Assembly: GCA_963796965.1 (NCBI GenBank)
Contig: CAWCNS010000002.1
Coordinates: 160,001-224,000 of the forward strand
DNA: 64,000 nucleotides
From: Calditrichia bacterium
GTDB taxonomy: Bacteria; Calditrichota; Calditrichia; JAJRVZ01
Direction: 5' to 3'
The first letter of the stretch is position 1, and each line of letters starts with the position of its first letter. The notes below the pieces were generated by a model, which saw only the letters and a list, made by a program, of their open reading frames with translations, had not been told where the DNA came from and made no database searches. The position numbers were made by a program, and so were the translations under genes. Below, in pieces: positions 45,683 to 56,022 of this stretch.

Positions 45683-47061
45683 TTATAGCCCATGCCTCTC
45701 CATTCGACGATAGAGAGCTGCACGGCTTAAACCAAGTTCTTTTGCAGCCTTGCTGACATTTCCGTGATGTTTTTTTAATGTTCTCACGATTGCCTCTCTT
45801 TCGATCGATTCGAGATTGTAGGTTTCAAATTCTCCGCTTTTATTTTTTGAACCCCTGGGTGGGAATAGAAAGTCACCGGCTTGCAATATGTCTGATTCAC
45901 TTAAAATAATGGCCCTTTCGATGGCATGTTGCAGCTCTCGTATGTTTCCGGACCAATGATATGATTGTAATTTCTTGAGAGTTTCTGTTGATAATTTTAA
46001 TCCCTTTTTATTGTATTTCTTAGAATAAATGGCAATAAAATGCTCTGCAAGGAGAGGAATGTCTTCTTGTCTTTCGCGCAATGGAGGTAAATTTATTTCT
46101 ACAGTATTGATGCGGTATAATAAATCCTGTCGAAATTTACCTGATTGAACCATATCCATCACGGGCATATTTGTGGCACAAATTAAACGTATATCTATAG
46201 ATCTGGGTTTATTTGAACCCACAGGGGTAATTTGCCTCAATTCAAGTGCACTAAGTAACTTAGATTGAAGGGAATAGGGAAGATTTCCGATTTCATCCAT
46301 GAAAAGGGTCCCCCCGCTGGCGATTTCAAATCTTCCGGTATGATCTTTTTTTGCGTCAGTAAAGGCGCCACGCGTATAACCAAACAGTTCACTTTCAAAA
46401 AGAGTTTCACTAATTGCTCCCATATCAACACTTATAAATACTTTATCATGCCGCGCCGACTGACGATGAATAGTCTCTGGCAACCAATTCCTTTCCCGTG
46501 CCATTTTCCCCCAATATTAAGATGTTCGCGTCTGTTTTTGCCACCTTCTCAATAGTACTAAACAATTTCTTAATCGCCTCTCCCTGACCAATAAAATCAA
46601 GAAAGGGTTGATCAATATCTGCACTGAGTCTGTTTTTGCTGAATGCGTAAACGATCTGCTTCCATTCTAGATTTACGAAGAGTCAGAGAAGCTGAGATGG
46701 TTGTGAGAAGTTTTTCATTTTGCCATGGTTTGAGTATAAAATCGACTGCCCCTTCTTTTACTGCCCGGACAGCCATCTCCACATCTCCGTATGCAGTTAT
46801 TAATACAACCACAGCAGCAGGATCAATTTCCAATATCTTTTTTAGCCATGTCAATCCCTCCTGGCCGCTTGTAACATCCCGCTCAAAATTCATATCAAGA
46901 AATATTACATCAAAGGTTTCTTCCTCAAGCAAAGTTGGGATAACCCGGGGATCCTTTTCTATCCGGACCTCTGAAACATGTTTTTTAACTAAAAGCCGGA
47001 ACGCAAACAGGATATCTTCATCATCATCAATAATTAATACTCTGGCATCATGCTTTTTCAC
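45683..47061 (-). CDS. NtrC-like sigma54-dependent response regulator; two apparent +1 frameshifts (about 46630 and 46475)
   Basis: Receiver domain (IIDDD, LDMNF, TAYG, KPW); bridging frame LILGENGTGKELVAR; GAFTDA, WSGNIREL, Fis HTH. Confidence 0.9.
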
Positions 47062-47248
47062 TTGAACACATCCTTTATCTCAATGAGATTTATTTTCTTT
47101 GAATCCCAAAGATACTTTTATTCTCAAATTCTTTATGAGTGGGATAATAATATGGAAATTAACTTAAAATTTAGAATCATAAAACATATTTTTTATTTAC
47201 ACAATAAATTTTAGATCTACGTAACCAAATCCTCAATCCATACAATAG

Positions 47249-47285
47249 TGTTCGAATCCGGACACCTCTGTCTCAATAATGAACA
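47249..47285. promoter_or_regulatory. Tandem candidate binding sites for the response regulator
   Basis: TGTTCGaatcCGGACA and TGTCTCaataatGAACA, 55-90 bp upstream of the -24 box. Confidence 0.55.
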
Positions 47286-47337
47286 TTATGTAAAGAGATT
47301 TATCTCATCAATGCCCTAAATACAGGCTTCTTCTGTT

Positions 47338-47353
47338 TGGCACGCTGCTTGTA
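47338..47353 (+). promoter_or_regulatory. Sigma54-type promoter of the export operon
   Basis: TGGCACG-CTGC-TTGTA, 36 bp upstream of the ATG; divergent sigma54 regulator. Confidence 0.75.
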
Positions 47354-47389
47354 TTGTATAAAGGATGAATAAACAGGGAATTCAACTTT

Positions 47390-48647
47390 ATGGATAAACA
47401 AATTGAAAAGAAAAAATGGCCCCCAAAAAGGATCATTACCTATGCAATAGCGACTGCTTTTGCCCTGGCTGTTATTTATAGCATCATATTTGGAGACACT
47501 AGTTCAAAACTCAACGTACAATCAGAGAAAATCACTATCTCTACTGTCCAGAAAGGCCCATTCAAAGAATATATTCCTGTAACCGGAAGCGTGATCCCTT
47601 TAAAAACCGTTTATTTGGACGCTATTGAAGGTGGTCGTGTTGAGAAAAAGTTTATTGAGGCGGGAACTATGGTTAGTGTTGGTGATAATATTCTTCAACT
47701 ATCGAACACAAATCTTCTGATGGACATCATGTTCCGGGAAGCTGAATTATTTGAGCAAAGTAATAATCTACGTAACACCCGTCTGGCAATGGAGCAGAAT
47801 CAACTTCATCTCCGCTCACAGCTGATCGATCTTGACTATCAGATCAAGCAATTCAAAAGAGATTTTCTGCGCAATAAAGAATTAGTGGCGAATAATCTGG
47901 TATCAAAACTCGATTTTGAAAGAATCAAGGATGAATATGAGTACGCACAGAAAAGACGCGAATTCACTATAGAATCCTTTAAACAGGATTCTATATTCAG
48001 AAAAGTCCAGATCAAACAATTAGAAGCATCATTAGCGCGGATGCAAAAAAACCTAGAACTCGTTAAGACCAAGTTAGAAAATCTTATGATTAAAGCACCA
48101 ATTAGCGGACAATTAACCGCATTGAATGCTGAGATTGGTGAATCAAAATCCAGGGGGGAGCGTCTTGGACAGGTGGATGTATTAGATGGATTTAAAATCC
48201 GTGCCCCTGTTGATGAATATCATCTGCATCGGATCAATAAAGGTTTGAAGGGTGAATTTGATTTTGCCGGATCAACCTATGAGTTGATCGTCGATAAAGT
48301 TTTTCCGGAAATCCGAAACGGACGCTTTGATGTCGATTTAGTATTTACTGGCTCCGAACCAGATGGGATTCGTCGCGGACAAACTACACATATACGGCTT
48401 GAGCTTGGCAATCTAAGTGAAGCTATATTGTTGGCACGCGGTGGATTTTATCAGAAGACAGGTGGCCAGTGGGTTTACGTCCTGGATGAAAGCGATGATT
48501 TTGCTTATAAACGAAATATCCGCTTGGGTATGCAAAATCCACAAATGTTTGAGGTGTTAGAGGGACTTGAACCCGGAGAACAAGTTATTACATCCTCCTA
48601 TGAAAGTCTTTGGTGATAATGACATCTTGGTTTTAAAGGAAAACTAA
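47390..48647 (+). CDS. Periplasmic adaptor (membrane fusion protein, MacA/HlyD-like); apparent +1 frameshift near 48608
   Basis: N-terminal TM, EGGRVE lipoyl half, coiled coil, IKAPISGQL, GLEPGEQVITSSY; alternative frame ends FGDNDILVLKEN*. Confidence 0.88.
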
Positions 48648-48649
48648 TT

Positions 48650-48793
48650 TCTCGCAGCGACGCAGAGGCGCAGCGTTATATATGATTAATAAATATTTAA
48701 CTTTAAATAAATTCATTTTTCAAAACAGCAATAAAATGACTATATGAGGTACTTATAATTTAGGTTTCGCTGCGGCGTTGCGGCGCTGCGAGA
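48650..48793. repeat. MITE-like element with inverted 8-mer arms
   Basis: tctcgcagcga cgcagagg cgcagcg, AT-rich core, cgctgcggcgttgcggcgctgcgaga; 10-bp perfect terminal inverted repeat. Confidence 0.75.
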
Positions 48794-48814
48794 GACAAAG
48801 AGAGGAGCAATAGA

Positions 48815-49504
48815 ATGATTCGGATAGTCGATCTACAAAAAGTCTACACTACAGAAGAAGTAGAAACAACTGCACTTGACAAAGTAAATCTTCAGGTAAA
48901 AGAAGGCGAATTTATAGCAATTATGGGACCCTCAGGTTGCGGTAAATCTACCCTACTGAACTTATTAGGCCTTTTAGACAATCCCACGGGTGGTGAATAT
49001 TACTTTCTGGATACTGAAGTTTCAAAGTTCACGGAAAGACAAAGAGCCAATCTTCGAAAAAACAACATCGGATTTGTTTTCCAGAGTTTTAACCTGATTG
49101 ACGAACTAACCGTTTTTGAAAATGTAGAATTGCCATTACTCTATCTGGGCTTTTCTTCTGCAGACAGAAAAAAACGGGTAGAGGAAGCTCTTGAGCAGAT
49201 GGAAATTATGCACCGTCGAAATCATTTTCCTCAACAACTATCGGGCGGACAGCAGCAGCGTGTCGCAGTTGCCCGGGCCATCGTCGCCCGACCAAAATTA
49301 ATCCTGGCCGATGAACCTACTGGAAATCTAGATTCGGCTCATGGCGATGAAGTTATGAAAATTTTAGAGGAATTAAACGGTAATGGAACAACCATAATTA
49401 TGGTTACCCACTCCCCTATGTACGCAGAATACAGTCATCGTATTGTCCATTTATTTGATGGGCAAGTCGTGTCTGAGAATGTACAGGAAAAGGTGAAGAT
49501 CTGA
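48815..49504 (+). CDS. MacB/LolD-type ABC ATP-binding protein 1
   Basis: [39 protein letters not shown]. Confidence 0.95.
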   Translation: MIRIVDLQKVYTTEEVETTALDKVNLQVKEGEFIAIMGPSGCGKSTLLNLLGLLDNPTGGEYYFLDTEVSKFTERQRANLRKNNIGFVFQSFNLIDELTVFENVELPLLYLGFSSADRKKRVEEALEQMEIMHRRNHFPQQLSGGQQQRVAVARAIVARPKLILADEPTGNLDSAHGDEVMKILEELNGNGTTIIMVTHSPMYAEYSHRIVHLFDGQVVSENVQEKVKI

Positions 49505-49558
49505 TTCGTAGAGAGTTGAGAGTATAGCGTGATGTAGGGGCGATTCGTTGAATCGCCC
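49505..49558 (+). repeat. Heptamer arm plus GTAG-type REP palindrome
   Basis: ttcgtag agagttg agagtat agcgtga, then GTAG-gggcgattc-gtt-gaatcgccc (49534-49558). Confidence 0.7.
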
Positions 49559-49597
49559 ATTGATCACAAACCACGACTGGTTGGGGAGAGAAACAAA

Positions 49598-50257
49598 ATG
49601 ATTCGAGTTGAAAATTTATTCAAATATTACACAAACAAATTTGTCAAAACATATGTGCTCAATGATGTCTCCCTTGAAATTGAAAGGGGTGATTTTATAA
49701 CAATTATGGGACCCTCCGGAGCCGGTAAATCAACATTGCTTTATATTTTAGGGATGTTAGATGAGCCGAATCAGGGAGAGTACTATTTCCGTGACAGGAA
49801 AGTACATAAGTTAAGTGAAAAAGAGAGAACAGAGCTTCATAAACACGAAATTGGGTTTGTCTTCCAACAATATCACCTGATTGATGAATTAACCGTTTAT
49901 GAAAATATAGAAACACCACTCCTTTATCAAAAGATAAAAGGCTCCGAGCGCAAAGCAATGGTTGCAGATATTCTTGACCGCTTTAACATCGTTGCCAAAA
50001 AAGACCTTTTTCCAAGTCAATTGTCTGGAGGACAGCAACAATTGGTAGGCATTGCCCGTGCAATTGTTGCCACCCCTTCTCTTCTTTTAGCAGACGAACC
50101 AACAGGTAATCTCAATTCTGAACAGGGTCGTGAGATCATGGAGCTTTTTAAAAAATTAAATGAGAATGGTACTACAATAATCCAGGTAACCCATTCTGAG
50201 GAAAAGGCTGCCTATGGCAAGAGAATCATTAATCTGCTCGATGGTAGAATAGTTTAA
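49598..50257 (+). CDS. MacB/LolD-type ABC ATP-binding protein 2
   Basis: [39 protein letters not shown]. Confidence 0.95.
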   Translation: MIRVENLFKYYTNKFVKTYVLNDVSLEIERGDFITIMGPSGAGKSTLLYILGMLDEPNQGEYYFRDRKVHKLSEKERTELHKHEIGFVFQQYHLIDELTVYENIETPLLYQKIKGSERKAMVADILDRFNIVAKKDLFPSQLSGGQQQLVGIARAIVATPSLLLADEPTGNLNSEQGREIMELFKKLNENGTTIIQVTHSEEKAAYGKRIINLLDGRIV

Positions 50258-50286
50258 AACCAGTATTTTTATAAATGATAAAGATA

Positions 50287-50405
50287 TTTTTTACCACAAA
50301 GGACGCAAAGAATGCACAAAGAACACAAAATGTTTATTTTGAATACTGCAATAACACCATCTTGATATTCACTATAATGTACTTAGTGATCTTTGTGGTA
50401 AAAAA
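50287..50405. repeat. MITE-like element with 15-bp terminal inverted repeat and about 9-nt CACAAAG repeats
   Basis: ttttttaccacaaag...ctttgtggtaaaaaa; cacaaagga cgcaaagaatg cacaaagaa cacaaaa. Confidence 0.75.
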
Positions 50406-50414
50406 GGAGAAACG

Positions 50415-52808
50415 ATGCTAAGAAACTATCTAAAAATAGCAATCAGAAACATAACAACCCAAAAGACATATTCATTTATCAATATTGCTGGATTAGCATT
50501 TGGTATGGCTTGCTTTATTCTAATATTATTATATGTGCGGTATGAGCTGAGTTATGAATCACACCATATAAAAGCGGACAGTGTATATCGGGTAAATGTT
50601 ATCCAACAACACCCTAACGGTGAATATAAGACTCAAAGTTCTATGGTACCTCTGGGACCGGCTCTTAAAAATGAGATTCCTGCGATAATAGACTACGCCC
50701 GGTTTGAAAACGCTGGGAAATCTTTGGTCACTTACAAAGATAAAAAGTTTTATGAAAAAAACATGGTCTTCACCGATCAGGGGTTATTCAATCTTTTTAC
50801 CATCCCCGTTATAGCCGGTAAGATGGAATCGGCTTTAACGAACAAGTTCTCTGTAGTAATTACACAATCAATGGCAAAAAAATACTTTGGTAATCAAAGT
50901 CCTATTGGTAAAACTCTGGAAATTGATGATGAATTATCCCTGCTCGTAACTGCCGTGATTGAGGATTTCCCCAAAAACACCCACATTAATCCTGACTTCA
51001 TGATTTCTTTCAATACGCTAAAAGATCTGACGGATGATAGTTTTATGACAAATTGGGTAACAGTACGTCTCCAGACTTATTTGTTGCTTCAGGATAATCA
51101 GAGCATTCATGAGTTAGAACAAACTCTAAACCATGTGATGAATTCTCACAGTTCAACCGAGGTAGAACGTGGACTTGAGCTAGAACAATTCAGTAGAATC
51201 CATCTCTATTCAGAAGTTACAAGCTGGAGCGATATACGAAAGATATACCTATTTGTAGCCATCGGGATCCTTATTCTCATTATAGCATCAATTAATTTTA
51301 TGAATCTTTCTACGGCTCGTTCCACCAAGAGATCAAAAGAAGTTGGATTAAGGAAAGTAGTAGGAGCCAATCATGGACAACTTATTAAACAGTTTCTTGG
51401 CGAAAGCATTGTAACATCTATCATTGCTCTGATCCTGGCCATTGTGATTGTTATCAATATAGTGCCGTTGTTCAGGAATATTACCGAGCAAGACTTAATC
51501 TTCCCCGCTTTAACTGACTGGAATTTTTATGGTTTACTCTTAGTTATTACGTTGATTGTGGGTTTTTTGTCCGGAAGTTATCCCGCCCTTTATTTGTCCG
51601 CTTTTTCACCAATTAATGTACTCCGTGGTAAGAAATCTCTAAGCGGAAAAAACACCAATATAAGAAAATTCCTGGTTGTGGCGCAGTTTAGTATCGCCAT
51701 CGGATTAATTATAACCACCCTTTCGATAAATCACCAAATTGACTATTTGCAGAATAAAAGTCTTGGTTTTCAAAAGGATCAGATTGTTATACTGCCTGTT
51801 ATGGGTGATAACTTCCGTAAAGATACTGAGCCTTTTAAGCAGGAATTGCTTAAAAATGCCAATATTTCCGCGGTTTGTGGTTCTCTCTTACTTCCCAGCC
51901 GAATCGGCATGTTTAATAATGTCACATGGGAAGGAGCCGCAGAGAATGAAAGTATTGCCTTAATTCAGAATAAAGTGGATTATGACTTTCTTGATCTGTA
52001 TGAGATCCCCATTGCTGAAGGTCGGAATTTTTCACGGGAGCATTCCTTAGATATCCTTGACTATAGTCGTGAAAATGTAATCGGAGCTGTAATACTAAAC
52101 AAAGAGGCGGTAAAAAAATTTGGATGGAAAGATCCTATCAACAAAAAAGTTATTCAAACCTACGGAACACAACGCTGGTCCCTGAATGTTATAGGTGTGA
52201 TCGAGGACTTTCATTTTTCATCTCTACATAACAAGATTCGCCCTCTTTCTTTATTTCTACGTCCGGCTGATCCCTGGAAATTTTCAGTAAAGATTAATAC
52301 CGCAAATATTCCGAATACTATCGACTATATTCGAAAAACGTGGACAAAGTTTAATCCAAACTTCCCATTTGAATATTATTTTCTTGATGAAACTTTTAAT
52401 CAAACCTATAAATCAGAAGAAAAACTCCAGACGCTTTTTAGTTATTTTAGTCTTCTGAGTGTTATTATTTCCTGTCTAGGTCTCTTTGGTTTGGCTGCTT
52501 TTGCTGCAGAGCAGAAAACCAAAGAAATTGGTGTACGCAAAGTTCTTGGGGCTTCGGTTTCCAATATATTGATGCTCTTATCCAAAGAATTTACAAAATG
52601 GATCATTGTGGCCAATATTATCGCCTGGCCAGCGGCCTGGTATTATCTGAATTCGTGGTTGAAAGAGTTTGCTTATAGTGCTGAGATAGCATGGCCGATC
52701 TTTTTCATTGCCGGCGGAACCGCCATAATTATTGCTCTTCTGACCATAAGTATACAAACATTAAAAGCGGCCTTATCGAATCCAATAAAGTCGCTGAGAT
52801 ATGAGTGA
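50415..52808 (+). CDS. Duplicated MacB/FtsX-type ABC permease 1
   Basis: MLRNYLKIAIRN start; two periplasmic + FtsX modules (KEVGLRKVVGA, KEIGVRKVLGA); NPIKSLRYE end. Confidence 0.93.
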   Translation: MLRNYLKIAIRNITTQKTYSFINIAGLAFGMACFILILLYVRYELSYESHHIKADSVYRVNVIQQHPNGEYKTQSSMVPLGPALKNEIPAIIDYARFENAGKSLVTYKDKKFYEKNMVFTDQGLFNLFTIPVIAGKMESALTNKFSVVITQSMAKKYFGNQSPIGKTLEIDDELSLLVTAVIEDFPKNTHINPDFMISFNTLKDLTDDSFMTNWVTVRLQTYLLLQDNQSIHELEQTLNHVMNSHSSTEVERGLELEQFSRIHLYSEVTSWSDIRKIYLFVAIGILILIIASINFMNLSTARSTKRSKEVGLRKVVGANHGQLIKQFLGESIVTSIIALILAIVIVINIVPLFRNITEQDLIFPALTDWNFYGLLLVITLIVGFLSGSYPALYLSAFSPINVLRGKKSLSGKNTNIRKFLVVAQFSIAIGLIITTLSINHQIDYLQNKSLGFQKDQIVILPVMGDNFRKDTEPFKQELLKNANISAVCGSLLLPSRIGMFNNVTWEGAAENESIALIQNKVDYDFLDLYEIPIAEGRNFSREHSLDILDYSRENVIGAVILNKEAVKKFGWKDPINKKVIQTYGTQRWSLNVIGVIEDFHFSSLHNKIRPLSLFLRPADPWKFSVKINTANIPNTIDYIRKTWTKFNPNFPFEYYFLDETFNQTYKSEEKLQTLFSYFSLLSVIISCLGLFGLAAFAAEQKTKEIGVRKVLGASVSNILMLLSKEFTKWIIVANIIAWPAAWYYLNSWLKEFAYSAEIAWPIFFIAGGTAIIIALLTISIQTLKAALSNPIKSLRYE

Positions 52809-52810
52809 GC

Positions 52811-53138
52811 AATTACCAATGATCAATATACAATTATCAGTTTAATACTAAGAGTATATTCTTATGCAAAAAGAAAATAACGGTAGGTGCAAATATTTCC
52901 GAAGCGAATGGGGTCATATCAAAAGTAGATTTTTCAAACAAAATTTCCATTGCATATAAAGAATGTCTTGAAACAAAATATTGGTTATCGCTTCTCAATG
53001 ATACTTCATTTATAGATACTAAAACTTTTCAGAGTATTTTTTCAGACGCGGATGAAATTGCTAAAATTCTGTTCTCTATTTTAAAATCTACTCGAATAAA
53101 TAAGAAATGATAATTGCTTATTGTTCATTGATCATTGA
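52811..53138 (+). mobile_element. Heptamer-flanked four-helix-bundle cassette remnant
   Basis: Left arm aattacc aatgatc aatatac aattatc; right arm gataatt gcttatt gttcatt gatcatt; encloses the pseudogene below. Confidence 0.65.
52864..53110 (+). pseudogene. Four-helix-bundle protein (TIGR02436 / 23S rRNA IVP-like) with internal deletion
   Basis: MQKEN start joined out of frame to VGANISEANGVISKVDFSNKISIAYKECLETKYWLSLLNDTSFI...EIAKILFSILKS* (52883-53110); absent from the ORF track. Confidence 0.8.
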
Positions 53139-53147
53139 GGTAAGTCA

Positions 53148-55503
53148 ATGCTAAAGAATTACCTAAAAATAGCCATCCGAAATCTTCTCCGGCAAAAACT
53201 ATACTCCTTCATAAATATCACAGGTTTATCAATCGGAATTGCCTGCTTTTTATTGATTTCTCTCTGGGTGTTTGACGAACTTAGTTTTGATCAATTTCAT
53301 GAGAATAAGGATAGAATCTTTAGGGTTAATACTATGTCGAAAGAAATGGGGTTGGTCACATCCTCATCCTGGCGATTAGGTCCCGACCTTGAGAAAGTTT
53401 ATCCGGAGATTGAGGCTTTCACCCGTCTCTGGCCCTGGGAGCGTTCTCTTGTTAACTATAAAGATAAATCTTTTGACGAATCCCGATTCTATCTCGCAGA
53501 TCCTGCTTTTTTCACTATTTTCTCTTTCAAATTCTTCCATGGCTCACAAGATCGGCTTTGAGCGAAAAATATAACATCGTCCTTAACCCAAGAAACGGCA
53601 AAAAGATACTTTGGTGATAAAAATCCAATTGGAGAAACAATCTTATATCCAAAAGTATGATCATGATTTCAACGTAAGTGGGGTAATTGAAGATATACCT
53701 TCCAATTCCTCAATCCAATTTGATTTGATTGCGCGGGTTGATCTGATGCCTCAACAACGTCTCGAGAGCTGGGAATATACCGGATATACCTGTGTGCTTC
53801 TGAACGATCAGACTGATATGGAAACGATGGATCATAAAATACATGATTTTTACCGGGAGAATGTTTACGCTGAATCAGAGAGGAATCCATTTTTACAGCC
53901 CCTGACTGAGATCCATTTATTTCAGGACGGTACATCCGGCCTGATTAAAATGGTTCGTTATTTCTCGATTATTGCCATATTTATTTTACTCATTGCCTGT
54001 ATCAACTTTATGAATCTGCGAACGGCCAAAGCAACAAAGCGGGCCATTGAAGTTGGTATAAGAAAAGTGGTCGGAGCCAACCGTAAACAACTCATCATTC
54101 AATTTCTGAGTGAATCTCTTTTGATTTCCATTATCTCGCTTGGTATCGGAATATTATTAGTGGAAATGTTCTTGCCTGCCTATAACCAGGTTACCATGAA
54201 GCAATTAAAATTGTTCTCAGGACAACCAGGTGGTACCATTCTTTTTTTATTTGCCGCAACTATCATAACCGGATTAATTTCTGGTAGTTATCCGGCACTA
54301 TATCTTTCCTCTTTTCTTCCTTCAAAAATACTTAAAAAACAATCCTCGTCGTCAAGTTTTGGTCATACCTCACGAAAAGTACTTACCATATTTCAATTCG
54401 CCATATCGATTGGTCTGATCATTTGCATTATTATATGGCAGGAGCAGTTGCATTTTATTCAGAATAAAGATATTGGCATAAAAAAAGATTTTATAATAAA
54501 CCTGATCAGCAATCAGGATTTAGTATCGAAATTTGAATCCTATCGGATATCAGCTACAGAAAAATCAAAATATTGTGACAGTCACATCGGCTGCCAGCAC
54601 ACCTTTCAATATCGGATCCTTCATTGGTGTTAATTGGGAAGGTCATTTTGACCAGGATGATGTAACCATGCCCTACAATATGGTCGAATATGATTTTTTT
54701 AAAACATTCGGTATGACCATTATCGAGGGCAGGGTATTTGATCGTAATATTTCAAGTGATAAAACAGAGGCCTGTATCATCAACGAAAGTGCTGCTCGCT
54801 TGATGGGTTTCGATTCTCCTCTAGGTAAAGAGATTTATTTTGATCATCCGGCATTTAAGGAATCGTATAAAAAGGTTAAAGTTATCGGTGTTGTAAATGA
54901 TTTTCATGCCCATTCTCTACACGAAAGTATTGCCCCTTCCATCTTTAGAATGCATCAACCCTATCTCTCTTACGCCTATATAAAAGTTAAACCGGCAAAC
55001 TTAGAGAAAACGCTTGATTATATAAAACAAACTACCGAAGCATTTGCCCCAGACTACCCCTTTCGTTATGAATTCATGGATAAAACCTATAATCGTCTTT
55101 ATGAAATGGAAATCCGGATGGGTAAAATCATCAATGTATTTGCCATTTTGGCCATCTTTATATCCTGTCTTGGGATTATTTGGTTTGGCTTCCTATACCA
55201 TAGAAAGGAGAACAAAAGAGATCGGTGTCCGCAAGGTTCTTGGTGCATCGATTTCAAAAATACATCCATGCTCTCTCTGGAATTTCTTAAAATGGGTAGC
55301 CCTGGCCAATCTGATCGCATGGCCGATTGCCTGGATATTTTATGCGTCAATGGCTTGATAATTTTGTGTATCGGATTGATTTCAGTTGGTGGATATTTAT
55401 AGGGGCAGGCATGGTAGCATTATTATTAGCCCTCCTGACTGTTATATTTCAGTCAGCAAGGGCGGCCATGGCCAATCCGATCGAGGCTTTGAGATATGAA
55501 TAA
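53148..55503 (+). pseudogene. Duplicated MacB/FtsX-type permease 2 with several frameshifts (real decay or sequence error)
   Basis: Consecutive ORFs 53148, 53611, 54533 and 55044 tile one permease; ends NPIEALRYE*. Confidence 0.8.
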
Positions 55504-55543
55504 AATATCTGTTGAGTGTTAAGAGTTGAGAGTTGAAAACATT

Positions 55544-55699
55544 ATGAGCAGAGAAGAGAACTTAGTTAGGATTAATATCGAGTGGTGGATATATGCCATC
55601 GCCGGCGGGAGTGCCTTATTTATTGCATTGGTTACAGTAAGTTTTCAGGCTATTAAAGCCGCGCTGACCAATCCTGTCGAAGCCCTTCGCTACGAATAG
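55544..55699 (+). pseudogene. 51-aa chimeric ORF: short leader fused to the last TM helix and tail of a lost permease
   Basis: MSREENLV-RINIEWWIYAIAGGSALFIALVTVSFQAIKAALTNPVEALRYE*, preceded by arm gttgagt gttaaga gttgaga gttgaaa. Confidence 0.8.
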
Positions 55700-55728
55700 T
55701 AATGATGGGTGAAGACCGCTTTTTCGGG

Positions 55729-55752
55729 GTGGAGGCATTGAGGTATGAGTAG
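55729..55752 (+). other. Orphan permease tail VEALRYE*
   Basis: gtg gag gca ttg agg tat gag tag, 29 nt after the previous LRYE stop. Confidence 0.75.
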
Positions 55753-56022
55753 AACTCTTAGAACGAAAAGCGTGAAGCGTAGTGCGTTTAGAGTGGAATA
55801 TCTTATGAAAATGAAGAAAGAAGAGAGAAGACAGAGGAGAGAGATTATCGATGACGAGACCAGTGCATGGTATCTATTGCTGTGACAGTAGTGAGGTGAT
55901 TAATTGTGTCGTTCCATAGACACAACCGAGAAAATAATAGGGAAAAAGATGAAAAGACTTAGGATGTGAAAAAAAGATGAGCATGAGGTTTACAGAGTAG
56001 AGCGATTTTAGAAATAGGGGAA

